This document shows positions 1-6,361 of a stretch of 64,000 bases of DNA, piece by piece; positions within the stretch are counted from its first letter, which is position 1; the number at the start of each line of letters is the position of its first letter. The stretch spans positions 1 to 64,000 of IMG/VR virus record IMGVR_UViG_3300045996_000852. One strand, given 5' to 3'. The stretch is from a virus. Taxonomy: Duplodnaviria > Heunggongvirae > Uroviricota > Caudoviricetes. The translations under genes were made by a program, and so were the position numbers. Under the pieces are notes generated by a model that was not told the origin of the DNA, searched no databases, and saw only the letters and a list, made by a program, of their open reading frames with translations.

Positions 1-47
1 GATGCTCATAACATCGAGGTCACCAGTTCGAATCTGGTAGAGTCAAC
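1..47 (+). tRNA. tRNA-Met(CAT), 5'-truncated by window edge
   Basis: Anticodon stem gatg/catc with loop ctCATaa; T-arm accag-ttcgaat-ctggt; acceptor 3' agagtca + discriminator a. D-arm and 5' acceptor lie upstream of the window. Confidence 0.6.
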
Positions 48-51
48 ACAA

Positions 52-125
52 GTTGGTATAGCTCAATTGGTTAGAGCACCACGCTGATACCGTGGAGGTT
101 GAAAGTTCGAGTCTTTCTATCAACA
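52..125 (+). tRNA. tRNA-Ile(GAT)
   Basis: Manual cloverleaf: acceptor gttggta/tatcaac (one G-U), D-arm gctc-aattggtta-gagc, anticodon arm ccacg-ctGATac-cgtgg, T-arm gaaag-ttcgagt-ctttc. Confidence 0.8.
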
Positions 126-130
126 CAATT

Positions 131-204
131 GGGGCTGCATGTTCCTTGGCTGGCGAGACTGCTTTGCAAGCAGACTGAGGTGGGTTCGATGCCCATGAGT
201 TCCA
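131..204 (+). tRNA. tRNA-Ala(TGC)-like, degenerate (possible pseudo-tRNA)
   Basis: Acceptor ggggctg/gagttcc with a G3:U70 pair (the Ala identity element), anticodon loop ttTGCaa, T-arm gtggg-ttcgatg-cccat. The D-stem cannot be paired canonically and the 7th acceptor pair is G-G. Confidence 0.4.
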
Positions 205-241
205 CTATTAAAATAAATTTGGATATTTCAAATATTTGTTG

Positions 242-249
242 TATATTTG
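242..249 (+). promoter_or_regulatory. Candidate Bacteroidota-type -7 box (tatatttg) upstream of small ORF 368-520
   Basis: gTATATTTGtattcc matches the TAnnTTTG consensus; the same extended motif recurs at 3359, 15603 and 55593(-). Confidence 0.35.
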
Positions 250-367
250 TATTCCAATTAACTATTAAACCTTAACTAACTGTTTAAAATATTTATTATG
301 AAGACTCTATTTACACTTGGTCGAATGCGGTACTAACTACTGACAAAACAGTAGCCAACGCATTCAT

Positions 368-520
368 ATGGCTAAAAGAGAATCTCAAAAAGTGAAAGGC
401 TGCAAAAAATGTGGTCGTTCAAAAAGAAAAAATTCAGGTTCGGCACTTGCTTTGTACGTTAGAAACAAAATCACTGCTGAACAGTATTTCAAAGAAACAA
501 ATCAGAAAGTAAGAAAATAA
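368..520 (+). CDS. Small basic protein (50 aa) with a single CxxC pair; hypothetical
   Basis: ATG368..TAA520, MAKRESQKVKGCKKCGRSKRKNSGSALALYVRNKITAEQYFKETNQKVRK. It is below the 60-aa cutoff of the ORF track. Upstream are an imperfect hairpin leader (gaatgcg...ctactg-acaaaa-cagtag...cgcattc, 321-366) and a promoter-like box; a terminator follows at 635-661. Confidence 0.3.
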   Translation: MAKRESQKVKGCKKCGRSKRKNSGSALALYVRNKITAEQYFKETNQKVRK

Positions 521-634
521 TGAATCAAGTTCTATCATATTATTCCAGTCTATCACTCTTGTTACAAAACAAAGAGAATGGGAATAGTATGTCCGAAGAA
601 CAGATTGGTTAATTACTTCTGGAAACTATTAAGA

Positions 635-661
635 CCCATTCTCAAAAGGAATGGGTTTTTT
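635..661 (+). terminator. Rho-independent terminator
   Basis: Stem cccattc/gaatggg, loop tcaaaag, then TTTTTT. Confidence 0.6.
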
Positions 662-666
662 GTTAT

Positions 667-747
667 GTGCTTGTGCTGGAACTGGTATACAGGTTAGTCT
701 CAAAAACTAATGTCTATGACATGTGGGTTCGACCCCCACCAAGCATA
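667..747 (+). tRNA. tRNA-Leu(CAA)
   Basis: Class II tRNA: acceptor gtgcttg/caagcat, 3-bp D-stem ctg/cag, anticodon arm ttagt-ctCAAaa-actaa, long variable arm (tgtctatgacatg), T-arm gtggg-ttcgacc-cccac. Confidence 0.8.
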
Positions 748-755
748 CTTATCAC

Positions 756-837
756 GCCTCTGTGGTGGAACTGGTAGACACGCCTGTCTTAGGAACAGGT
801 CCAGAAATGGGTGCAGGTTCGAGTCCTGTCAGAGGTA
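756..837 (+). tRNA. tRNA-Leu(TAG)
   Basis: Acceptor gcctctg/cagaggt, D-stem gtg/cac, anticodon arm cctgt-ctTAGga-acagg, long variable arm, T-arm gcagg-ttcgagt-cctgt. Confidence 0.8.
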
Positions 838-843
838 CAATTT

Positions 844-929
844 AGCCCAATGGTGGAATTGGTAGACACGCAAGACTTAAAATCTTGTGGGACGAAAGTC
901 CCGTGTGGGTTCGAGTCCCACTTGGGCTA
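844..929 (+). tRNA. tRNA-Leu(TAA)
   Basis: Acceptor agcccaa/ttgggct, D-stem gtg/cac, anticodon arm caaga-ctTAAaa-tcttg, long variable arm tgggacgaaagtcccgt, T-arm gtggg-ttcgagt-cccac. Confidence 0.8.
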
Positions 930-1009
930 CAGATCATTATATATTGTAAAAATATGTTGAACATTATTTAATATAAATGGTACAACACAATATAATATAA
1001 ATGATACAA

Positions 1010-1096
1010 GGAAGGTTGGTAGAGTCCGGTTTATTGCACTAGTCTTGAAAACTAGAGGGTGTAACAGCCCCGTGAGTTCGAATCTCACACCTTCCT
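1010..1096 (+). tRNA. tRNA-Ser(TGA)
   Basis: Acceptor ggaaggt/accttcc, anticodon arm ctagt-ctTGAaa-actag, long variable arm ggtgtaacagccccg, T-arm gtgag-ttcgaat-ctcac. Confidence 0.75.
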
Positions 1097-1201
1097 CATG
1101 AAAATTATAAAAATTAAAGCTTCCAAGGAATTTATCCTTCGGTTAAAACAACATTTGTTAGAAACTAAGGATAGACATAGGAAACTATTGGAAAAAATTA
1201 A

Positions 1202-1286
1202 GGAGGGGTGACAGAATGGTAATGTGCCTGTTTGCTAAACAGTAGCTAGGGTAAAACCTATGGGAGTTCGAGCCTCCCTCTCTCCG
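1202..1286 (+). tRNA. tRNA-Ser(GCT)
   Basis: Acceptor ggagggg/tctctcc (two G-U pairs), D-stem aca/tgt, anticodon loop ttGCTaa, long variable arm, T-arm gggag-ttcgagc-ctccc, discriminator G as in Ser tRNAs. Confidence 0.75.
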
Positions 1287-1290
1287 CAAA

Positions 1291-1326
1291 GTGCATGAAA
1301 ATTTATTAAAAATTCATGCACTTTTA
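1291..1326 (+). terminator. Rho-independent terminator after tRNA-Ser
   Basis: Stem gtgcatgaa/ttcatgcac with a 13-nt AT loop, then TTTT. Confidence 0.55.
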
Positions 1327-1383
1327 TACCCGAAAAGGTATAAAATCGTATCATATCGTATTAATTATACCTTCCCGGGTATA
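1326..1383. repeat. Two copies of a TATACC-N6-GGTATA palindrome flanking a tandem ATCGTAT direct repeat
   Basis: tatacc-cgaaaa-ggtata at 1326-1343 and tatacc-ttcccg-ggtata at 1366-1383; atcgtat-catat-cgtat lies between them. Confidence 0.5.
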
Positions 1384-1387
1384 ACTT

Positions 1388-1472
1388 CGGTAGGTGGGTA
1401 CTGTTGGTAAGTACTACTGGTCTGTAAAACCAGTGCCTTCGGGCTTCGTGGGTTCAATTCCCACCCTGCCGA
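1388..1472 (+). tRNA. tRNA-Tyr(GTA)
   Basis: Acceptor cggtagg/cctgccg (one U-G), anticodon arm ctggt-ctGTAaa-accag, long variable arm gccttcgggcttc, T-arm gtggg-ttcaatt-cccac. Confidence 0.75.
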
Positions 1473-1587
1473 CACTTTAACAATTTGTGTAGTGTCATAT
1501 TCAGTCTAGTTCCTATACCTTTGTCTAACTCAGGGGGAAATAACTGGGTAAGGCATAAAAATATTTGGAATTAATATACATACTTCC

Positions 1588-1610
1588 TATATTTGCATTG
1601 ATTAAATTTG
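1588..1610 (+). promoter_or_regulatory. Two tandem TAnnTTTG boxes (tatatttg at 1588-1595, taaatttg at 1603-1610)
   Basis: ttccTATATTTGcattgatTAAATTTGtcaag. The ttcctatatttg core is identical to the motif at 3355-3366. Confidence 0.35.
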
Positions 1611-1675
1611 TCAAGATTTAAGTGATGTTCAAAAGAGCCTCGATGTTGTTTCCCCCAACATCTGAGGCTTTTTTA
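1596..1675 (+). ncRNA. Candidate small RNA of about 80 nt, bounded by a promoter and a terminator (no ORF)
   Basis: The promoter boxes at 1588-1610 are followed about 30 nt later by a strong terminator at 1636-1675. No ORF fits in between. Confidence 0.25.
1636..1675 (+). terminator. Rho-independent terminator
   Basis: Stem agcctcgatgttg/caacatc(t)gaggct, loop tttccccc, then TTTTTT. Confidence 0.65.
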
Positions 1676-1952
1676 TTTAATTAAGCCAACGTAGCTACAC
1701 AACAAAGTTGTATCACCTGTTAGGGGAACGAAAGTTAAACGCAGGTCAGAAGTCGGGTAGTATCTTCGCAAATACAGAAGAGATGTGTCCCCGATAGTAG
1801 CGAATAGAGTCCAATTTGTACGAAAGATTAGTTTAACTCCGGGGTATAGGGGTTTGGGTCTAGGCACATTTACTGTGTTGAAGCACTGGCTAATTATAAG
1901 TTTTGGGCTAATTTTTGGAACAACCTAGGGGGAGAATTTTATTTTTTAACGA
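1676..1952 (+). other. 277-nt noncoding, relatively GC-rich region; candidate structured RNA or regulatory leader
   Basis: No + strand ORF in this stretch. It contains several G/C tracts (gggg, ccgggg, aggggg) that are unusual in this AT-rich genome. The SD-like AGGGGGAGA sits 15 nt before ATG1953, and a related AGGGGGAAA occurs at 1533-1541. The 64-aa ORF on the - strand is probably spurious. Confidence 0.25.
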
Positions 1953-2426
1953 ATGAATTATAAAAACAGTAAATATAATCAGAATTCATTGGTACATAGG
2001 ATGAAGCAACAGCAAATCCAGTACAATATAACAATGAATAAACTTGAACAAGAAAATTTATTAGCCAAAGATTTTAATGTAACTATAAAAAATACCGATA
2101 TTCCTTTGGAGAAACAGATTGCTATCAAAGCAATGATATTACTCAGGTCTGGTTCTTTGACCTACTCTGAAATGGTTGATGAGATTGAAAGATTGTTTAA
2201 TGTAAAAGGTGTTACTGTATATACTATAATCGAATCTCTCAAAGAAACTCATAAAATAGTTTTCAAAGGTGGTGGTGATATGATCTCAGCATTTGCTCAA
2301 GCTATAAGTGGTCTACATGTAAAAGACCCAACAAGAACTGTAAAGATTCAAACTGGTAAAGCTGGATTTGAATTATTTAATAATGCTATGCAAAATGCTA
2401 TAGGGATACCTCAAAATAGAATATAA
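1953..2426 (+). CDS. Small protein, paralog 1 of 3; putative winged-helix DNA-binding protein
   Basis: Shares a ~50-aa core with the next two ORFs: IAIKAMILLRSGSLTYSEMVDEIERLFNVKGVTVYTIIESLKETHKIVF. The hydrophobic periodicity looks like a helix-turn-helix. Confidence 0.5.
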   Translation: MNYKNSKYNQNSLVHRMKQQQIQYNITMNKLEQENLLAKDFNVTIKNTDIPLEKQIAIKAMILLRSGSLTYSEMVDEIERLFNVKGVTVYTIIESLKETHKIVFKGGGDMISAFAQAISGLHVKDPTRTVKIQTGKAGFELFNNAMQNAIGIPQNRI

Positions 2427-2800
2427 TGGATACTTCAGTACTTGATTTATGGAAATTGACACCAATACAAGACATGCCATTGTATCAAATGGGTGTTGAT
2501 ACGTATTCTTTTGAATGTGATGAAAAATCCATTCAAGGTATTTCGGATGATAACAATGTTGCAATTAGAACATTTATACTTTTAAATTATACACATAGTA
2601 AGAACAAATTCGAGTTATCTAAAAGAGTATCTACTACGTTCTCTATTTCTGAGATTCAAGCCAACACTTTTATCAACAATGTAAATACAACACATAAAAT
2701 CTTCGATAAAAATGGTCTTCCTTTGGAGAGTTATAAAATGATTGTGATGGATTTATCTGATGGTAAGTTTGAATTCTCTTTACCTACACCATTAAAATGA
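2426..2800 (+). CDS. Small protein, paralog 2 of 3; putative wHTH
   Basis: VAIRTFILLNYTHSKNKFELSKRVSTTFSISEIQANTFINNVNTTHKIF. Its start overlaps the upstream stop (TAATG). Confidence 0.5.
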   Translation: MDTSVLDLWKLTPIQDMPLYQMGVDTYSFECDEKSIQGISDDNNVAIRTFILLNYTHSKNKFELSKRVSTTFSISEIQANTFINNVNTTHKIFDKNGLPLESYKMIVMDLSDGKFEFSLPTPLK

Positions 2801-3267
2801 AACAAATCTCAAACATAAAACCTTCAAATCCTGTTGAAGGAGATCAATATTATGAACCGTCTACAGGCGAGATTTATTGTTTCAGTCAAAATCAATGGTT
2901 AAAGTTAAGCCTTAACATGGGTGACCAAGGTGAACCCACTACTACCAGTGAAATTATATCAGAAGAATTATCAGTCGCTATAAGAACATTTATTGTATTA
3001 ACTGCTCCTTCTTGTAGTAAGAAAGAGTGTGTCCACAGAATAACCCAAATATTTTCAGTTACTCCTGCTACTGCTTATACTGTAATAACAAGATTAAACC
3101 AGACTCATAATGTCCAATTCAAGCCGGATTTAGGAGTAGGTCTATATCAACAACTTAATAAGGGGTTTAAAGCTGTATATCAACCAGATGCGTTTTCTTT
3201 AAATAACTTTGCAAAGGCTATTGAGGACTCCCTCATTTGGGGTGATGCCGCAAAAGTACACCCTTAA
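2797..3267 (+). CDS. Small protein, paralog 3 of 3; putative wHTH
   Basis: VAIRTFIVLTAPSCSKKECVHRITQIFSVTPATAYTVITRLNQTHNVQF. Overlaps the upstream ORF by 4 nt. Confidence 0.5.
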   Translation: MKQISNIKPSNPVEGDQYYEPSTGEIYCFSQNQWLKLSLNMGDQGEPTTTSEIISEELSVAIRTFIVLTAPSCSKKECVHRITQIFSVTPATAYTVITRLNQTHNVQFKPDLGVGLYQQLNKGFKAVYQPDAFSLNNFAKAIEDSLIWGDAAKVHP

Positions 3268-3354
3268 CTTTCCTTTAACACCGGGATTCCCGGTAAAATG
3301 CTATATTAAATAGATTGAACATTAGAACTATGTTAACATATAGGAATGGAAAAG

Positions 3355-3371
3355 TTCCTATATTTGTATAG
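3355..3371 (+). promoter_or_regulatory. Candidate promoter ttccTATATTTGtatag (-7 box at 3359-3366)
   Basis: Matches TAnnTTTG, 31 nt upstream of ATG3398. The same 12-mer core occurs at 1584-1595. Confidence 0.4.
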
Positions 3372-3397
3372 TTTTTATAAAAACCAATTTAAAAATT

Positions 3398-3631
3398 ATG
3401 GCAAATCCAAGAAAAGGAACTACGGCTAAAAAGGCTGAAACTCCTCCCCAATCAACACAGGCTCCTGAGAGAAACTTCCTTATTAAGGAAGGTCCACTCG
3501 GACAGTTGGTTCAACAAATTCATGAACTTCCCTTCAGGGTGGCTAATCCAATGCTTCAGTTCTTACAACAGAACTTGCAAGAGGTAGCTCCTGCAAAAGT
3601 GAAGGAAGAAAATAAAGATGCAGAGGGTTAA
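3398..3631 (+). CDS. Hypothetical 77-aa protein; forms its own promoter-to-terminator unit
   Basis: ORF MANPRKGTTAKKAETPPQ... sits between the promoter box at 3359 and the terminator at 3617-3656. Confidence 0.5.
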   Translation: MANPRKGTTAKKAETPPQSTQAPERNFLIKEGPLGQLVQQIHELPFRVANPMLQFLQQNLQEVAPAKVKEENKDAEG

Positions 3632-3656
3632 TATACTCTGCATCTTTTTATTTTTA
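3617..3656 (+). terminator. Rho-independent terminator
   Basis: Stem gatgcagag/ctctgcatc, loop ggttaatata, then TTTTTATTTTT. Overlaps the stop of the 77-aa ORF. Confidence 0.6.
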
Positions 3657-3672
3657 AATTAAACACCCCCGA

Positions 3673-5010
3673 ATGAATAGCAAACTCCAATCTTTAGTAG
3701 ACAAATTTGTAACTACTCCTATTTATCTAACTAATGGTGCTGGTTTCTTGGCACAAAAATTCAAAGCCTCTCAATCCGATATTTATAAGGCAAAAGAGAG
3801 AGCAAGAGAAATTCTCCACAATCAAGAAACGACAACTCTCAACAATGTTATCTCTGAACAAGAAGAGTACATTAGTAAAAATATCAATGAAGTCAAAGGT
3901 GAATGTGATATTAACGGTAAGATAAAGAAGAGAATTACTTCTCTTCAAGACCTTATTGACTTTTGTAAGATTGATACTACTCAATGGAAAATTGTTTCAT
4001 GGGAATGTAATAAATGGGAAGTTGGTAGAAAAGACAAAAGTGTTAACTGGAAAGCCAAACATGGTGTTGGTAAGGGTAAAGTAAATGATTCAGGTAAAAT
4101 CTTTGTTGAACCCCTATTCCAAGTAAAGGCTAAGTTAACCAGAATCTCCACTGATGAAATCTTCCAGAAGGAATTTGAAAAGTTCCTAAAAACTTATAAG
4201 CCTGTACCAGCAGTTTTCCGTCCTCTTATGCTCCCTATAAAGAGAGAAGAAGCAATGCTGGTATTACCTAAGCAAGATGCTCACTTTAACAGGGCTGACT
4301 TCAATGGTAATAATAATATTCATGCAAGATTCGAAATCGTAAAACAAGAAACTATAAACATCTTGCTAGAAGCTTCGGCACTTCATAAACTAGATAAAAT
4401 CACTTACATTGTTGGTAGTGACCAATTCAATTCAGAATGGACAAGTGCAACAACTGCCGGAACCCCTCAAGAGAACATCCTGAGCTATCAGGAGGCATTC
4501 AAATTAGTTTGTGACCATGAAGTCTCAATCATTGAGAACCTTGTTGCAAACTGTGCTAATGTTGAAATTCTGTTTGTTCCCGGTAATCATGATGAACATG
4601 TAGGCTGGCATTTGATTAACTGGTTGAAATGTTACTATAGGTCCAACAAATACATTACTATCACTGAAGGAAATCCAGAGTCTCCTAGAAGATATGAGAG
4701 ATATGGTAACTCAGCAGTAATGTATGACCACGGTGCTTTATTAAATGGAAAAGACCTTGCTCAAAGATTCCCTATTGAATTCAAAAGGGAGTGGAGTCTT
4801 TGTGACAATTACTATATATTCTCTGGTGATAAACATCATGAACTAAGCTTGGATGTACATGGTGTAAAATACTACAGGGTTCCTGCATTAACTATGACAA
4901 AATCTAAGTGGGAGCACAAGAAAGGGTATGTAACAAAAGGTGAAATGCAAGCATTCCTTATCAAAAAAGACAAGGGATTGACAAACATGTACTCAAGATT
5001 ACTTGAATAA
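3673..5010 (+). CDS. Calcineurin-like metallophosphoesterase, 445 aa
   Basis: ILFVPGNHDEH is the GNHD/E metallophosphatase motif, with YIVGSDQF upstream (GD-type motif). The N-terminal ~230 aa lack recognisable motifs. Confidence 0.6.
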   Translation: MNSKLQSLVDKFVTTPIYLTNGAGFLAQKFKASQSDIYKAKERAREILHNQETTTLNNVISEQEEYISKNINEVKGECDINGKIKKRITSLQDLIDFCKIDTTQWKIVSWECNKWEVGRKDKSVNWKAKHGVGKGKVNDSGKIFVEPLFQVKAKLTRISTDEIFQKEFEKFLKTYKPVPAVFRPLMLPIKREEAMLVLPKQDAHFNRADFNGNNNIHARFEIVKQETINILLEASALHKLDKITYIVGSDQFNSEWTSATTAGTPQENILSYQEAFKLVCDHEVSIIENLVANCANVEILFVPGNHDEHVGWHLINWLKCYYRSNKYITITEGNPESPRRYERYGNSAVMYDHGALLNGKDLAQRFPIEFKREWSLCDNYYIFSGDKHHELSLDVHGVKYYRVPALTMTKSKWEHKKGYVTKGEMQAFLIKKDKGLTNMYSRLLE

Positions 5011-5042
5011 TGAGCTATTTTTCGACTTAATGGTGTTTGAAC

Positions 5043-5075
5043 GAGGGGCTTTTCTAAGCCCCTTTCTCGTATTTA
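5043..5075 (+). terminator. Rho-independent terminator
   Basis: Stem aggggct/agcccct, loop tttcta, then ttctcgtattt (T-rich). Confidence 0.5.
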
Positions 5076-5130
5076 ACGTAGGAGGTTAATTTTCCTATGT
5101 CGTTTATTTTTCGTATATTACTTATAGAAT

Positions 5131-5667
5131 TTGCTATATTCTGAACTTTTTTTAATATATAAAGTGAAACCAACCAATATCAAGATACCGAGGCTGAGTA
5201 AAAAAGAGTTCTCAATTCAGGTGATAACCCCGGAACTTTTCGAAAGATTCCAGAAAGAATTCCCTGAATACAAGGATATGAAGTATGATTTCTTCTTAGA
5301 AACTTGGTTAGAAATCGCACAAACCATTAGAACTGAAGGAGTTGTGAATCCATTGGGAGTCAAGTTAGGTTCATACCTTGGAGAAATAAAGACAGAATTC
5401 CTTCCTTATAAGTATAGAGCCACTGATATACAGGCTTCTAATCAGGAAGGGGAGAAGGTCCACCACTTGAATATATTAACTAGGGGAAAAGTAGCAAAGA
5501 TCAAATGGGAGAGAAGATGGGCTGTGAGGTTTAACAATATGTTACAATTTTATGGTTATGAGCCACATAGAGAAATGAATACTATTTCCCATAAATATAT
5601 CCCTGACAACGTTGACAAAGTAAGGGTTTCCAGAACCACCATTGGTAGGAAAAGGAACCTGAGTTAA
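5131..5667 (+). CDS. Hypothetical protein; start uncertain
   Basis: The ORF-track start at 5131 is a TTG codon. The true start is probably downstream (GTG near 5164 or a later ATG). No recognisable motif. Confidence 0.45.
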   Translation: MLYSELFLIYKVKPTNIKIPRLSKKEFSIQVITPELFERFQKEFPEYKDMKYDFFLETWLEIAQTIRTEGVVNPLGVKLGSYLGEIKTEFLPYKYRATDIQASNQEGEKVHHLNILTRGKVAKIKWERRWAVRFNNMLQFYGYEPHREMNTISHKYIPDNVDKVRVSRTTIGRKRNLS

Positions 5668-5677
5668 ATATAAGAAA

Positions 5678-6361
5678 ATGACAAAAAGAGAAGCGATTAA
5701 CAATTTGAGGAAGAAGATACAAGAAAGAAGTGCTGATTCTACTTTCAGCAATAAGGACTTGTACCTAGCCCTTTTGGAGCAAGCTCAATGGTTAATAAAG
5801 AGGGAAGTTTCTGCCGGACGTATCTACAGGAATCCTTCATTCTTCAAGTTATTAGCAGCTAGGGAGATCGTTGAAGTTTCAACTATCCCGACTTGTTTGA
5901 ATATTAAAACTAACTGTAAAATATACAGAACGAAAAATAGATTACCTGAAATGTGGTCTGATAACAACGGACCTATGATTTACTCTGTTCATTCAATTGA
6001 TAACTCAACTGAGTTTACAAGAGTGACTCCTACAGATTGGGCTAGTATTATCGGTGACCCATATCAGAAGTTCTCTACTGAAAAGTATTGCTTCTTCGAA
6101 GATGGATACGTATGGTTCCCTAAAGAGAATCCTTATAACGCTAATATCAGAGCTTACTATAAAGATGATGTTAAGCTTGTACCAGATTCTTGTACTGATT
6201 GTGATGATAGTGAAAGCTGTGTGAAATTCCTTGATACTGAATTCATGGTTCCTGATTGGATTATAGCTGAAATATTTGCAAAAGCACTTCAGATGTTATT
6301 TCCAACTAAACAACTTCAGGAAGATCAGCAAATTGATAAGAATACAAATCGTAAGAACTAA
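5678..6361 (+). CDS. Hypothetical protein, 227 aa
   Basis: Long ORF in the co-directional block; Cys/Asp-rich C-terminus (CTDCDDSESC). Confidence 0.55.
   Translation: MTKREAINNLRKKIQERSADSTFSNKDLYLALLEQAQWLIKREVSAGRIYRNPSFFKLLAAREIVEVSTIPTCLNIKTNCKIYRTKNRLPEMWSDNNGPMIYSVHSIDNSTEFTRVTPTDWASIIGDPYQKFSTEKYCFFEDGYVWFPKENPYNANIRAYYKDDVKLVPDSCTDCDDSESCVKFLDTEFMVPDWIIAEIFAKALQMLFPTKQLQEDQQIDKNTNRKN

Noticed and set aside
1838-1862. G-tract cluster ggggtataggggtttggg as a G-quadruplex
   Set aside because: Only three G3+ tracts; the fourth is GG. It does not satisfy a canonical G4 motif.
1673-1867. 64-aa ORF on the - strand inside the noncoding leader region
   Set aside because: Low-complexity composition with no start context, lying antisense in a region better explained as structured or regulatory RNA. 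Probably spurious.
1676-1952. Possibility that the GC-rich noncoding region is a phage tmRNA
   Set aside because: It has no tRNA-like 3' end (no GGTTCGA T-loop or acceptor pairing) and no ANDxxALAA-type tag ORF. It stays in the findings only as a generic structured-RNA candidate.
5080-5144. SD-like AGGAGGT followed by a 15-aa ATG ORF (5097-5144) upstream of the 5131 ORF
   Set aside because: A 15-aa hydrophobic peptide overlapping the following gene is unlikely to be a gene. It could be a leader peptide, but there is no support. It matters only because it makes the true start of the 5131-5667 gene uncertain.
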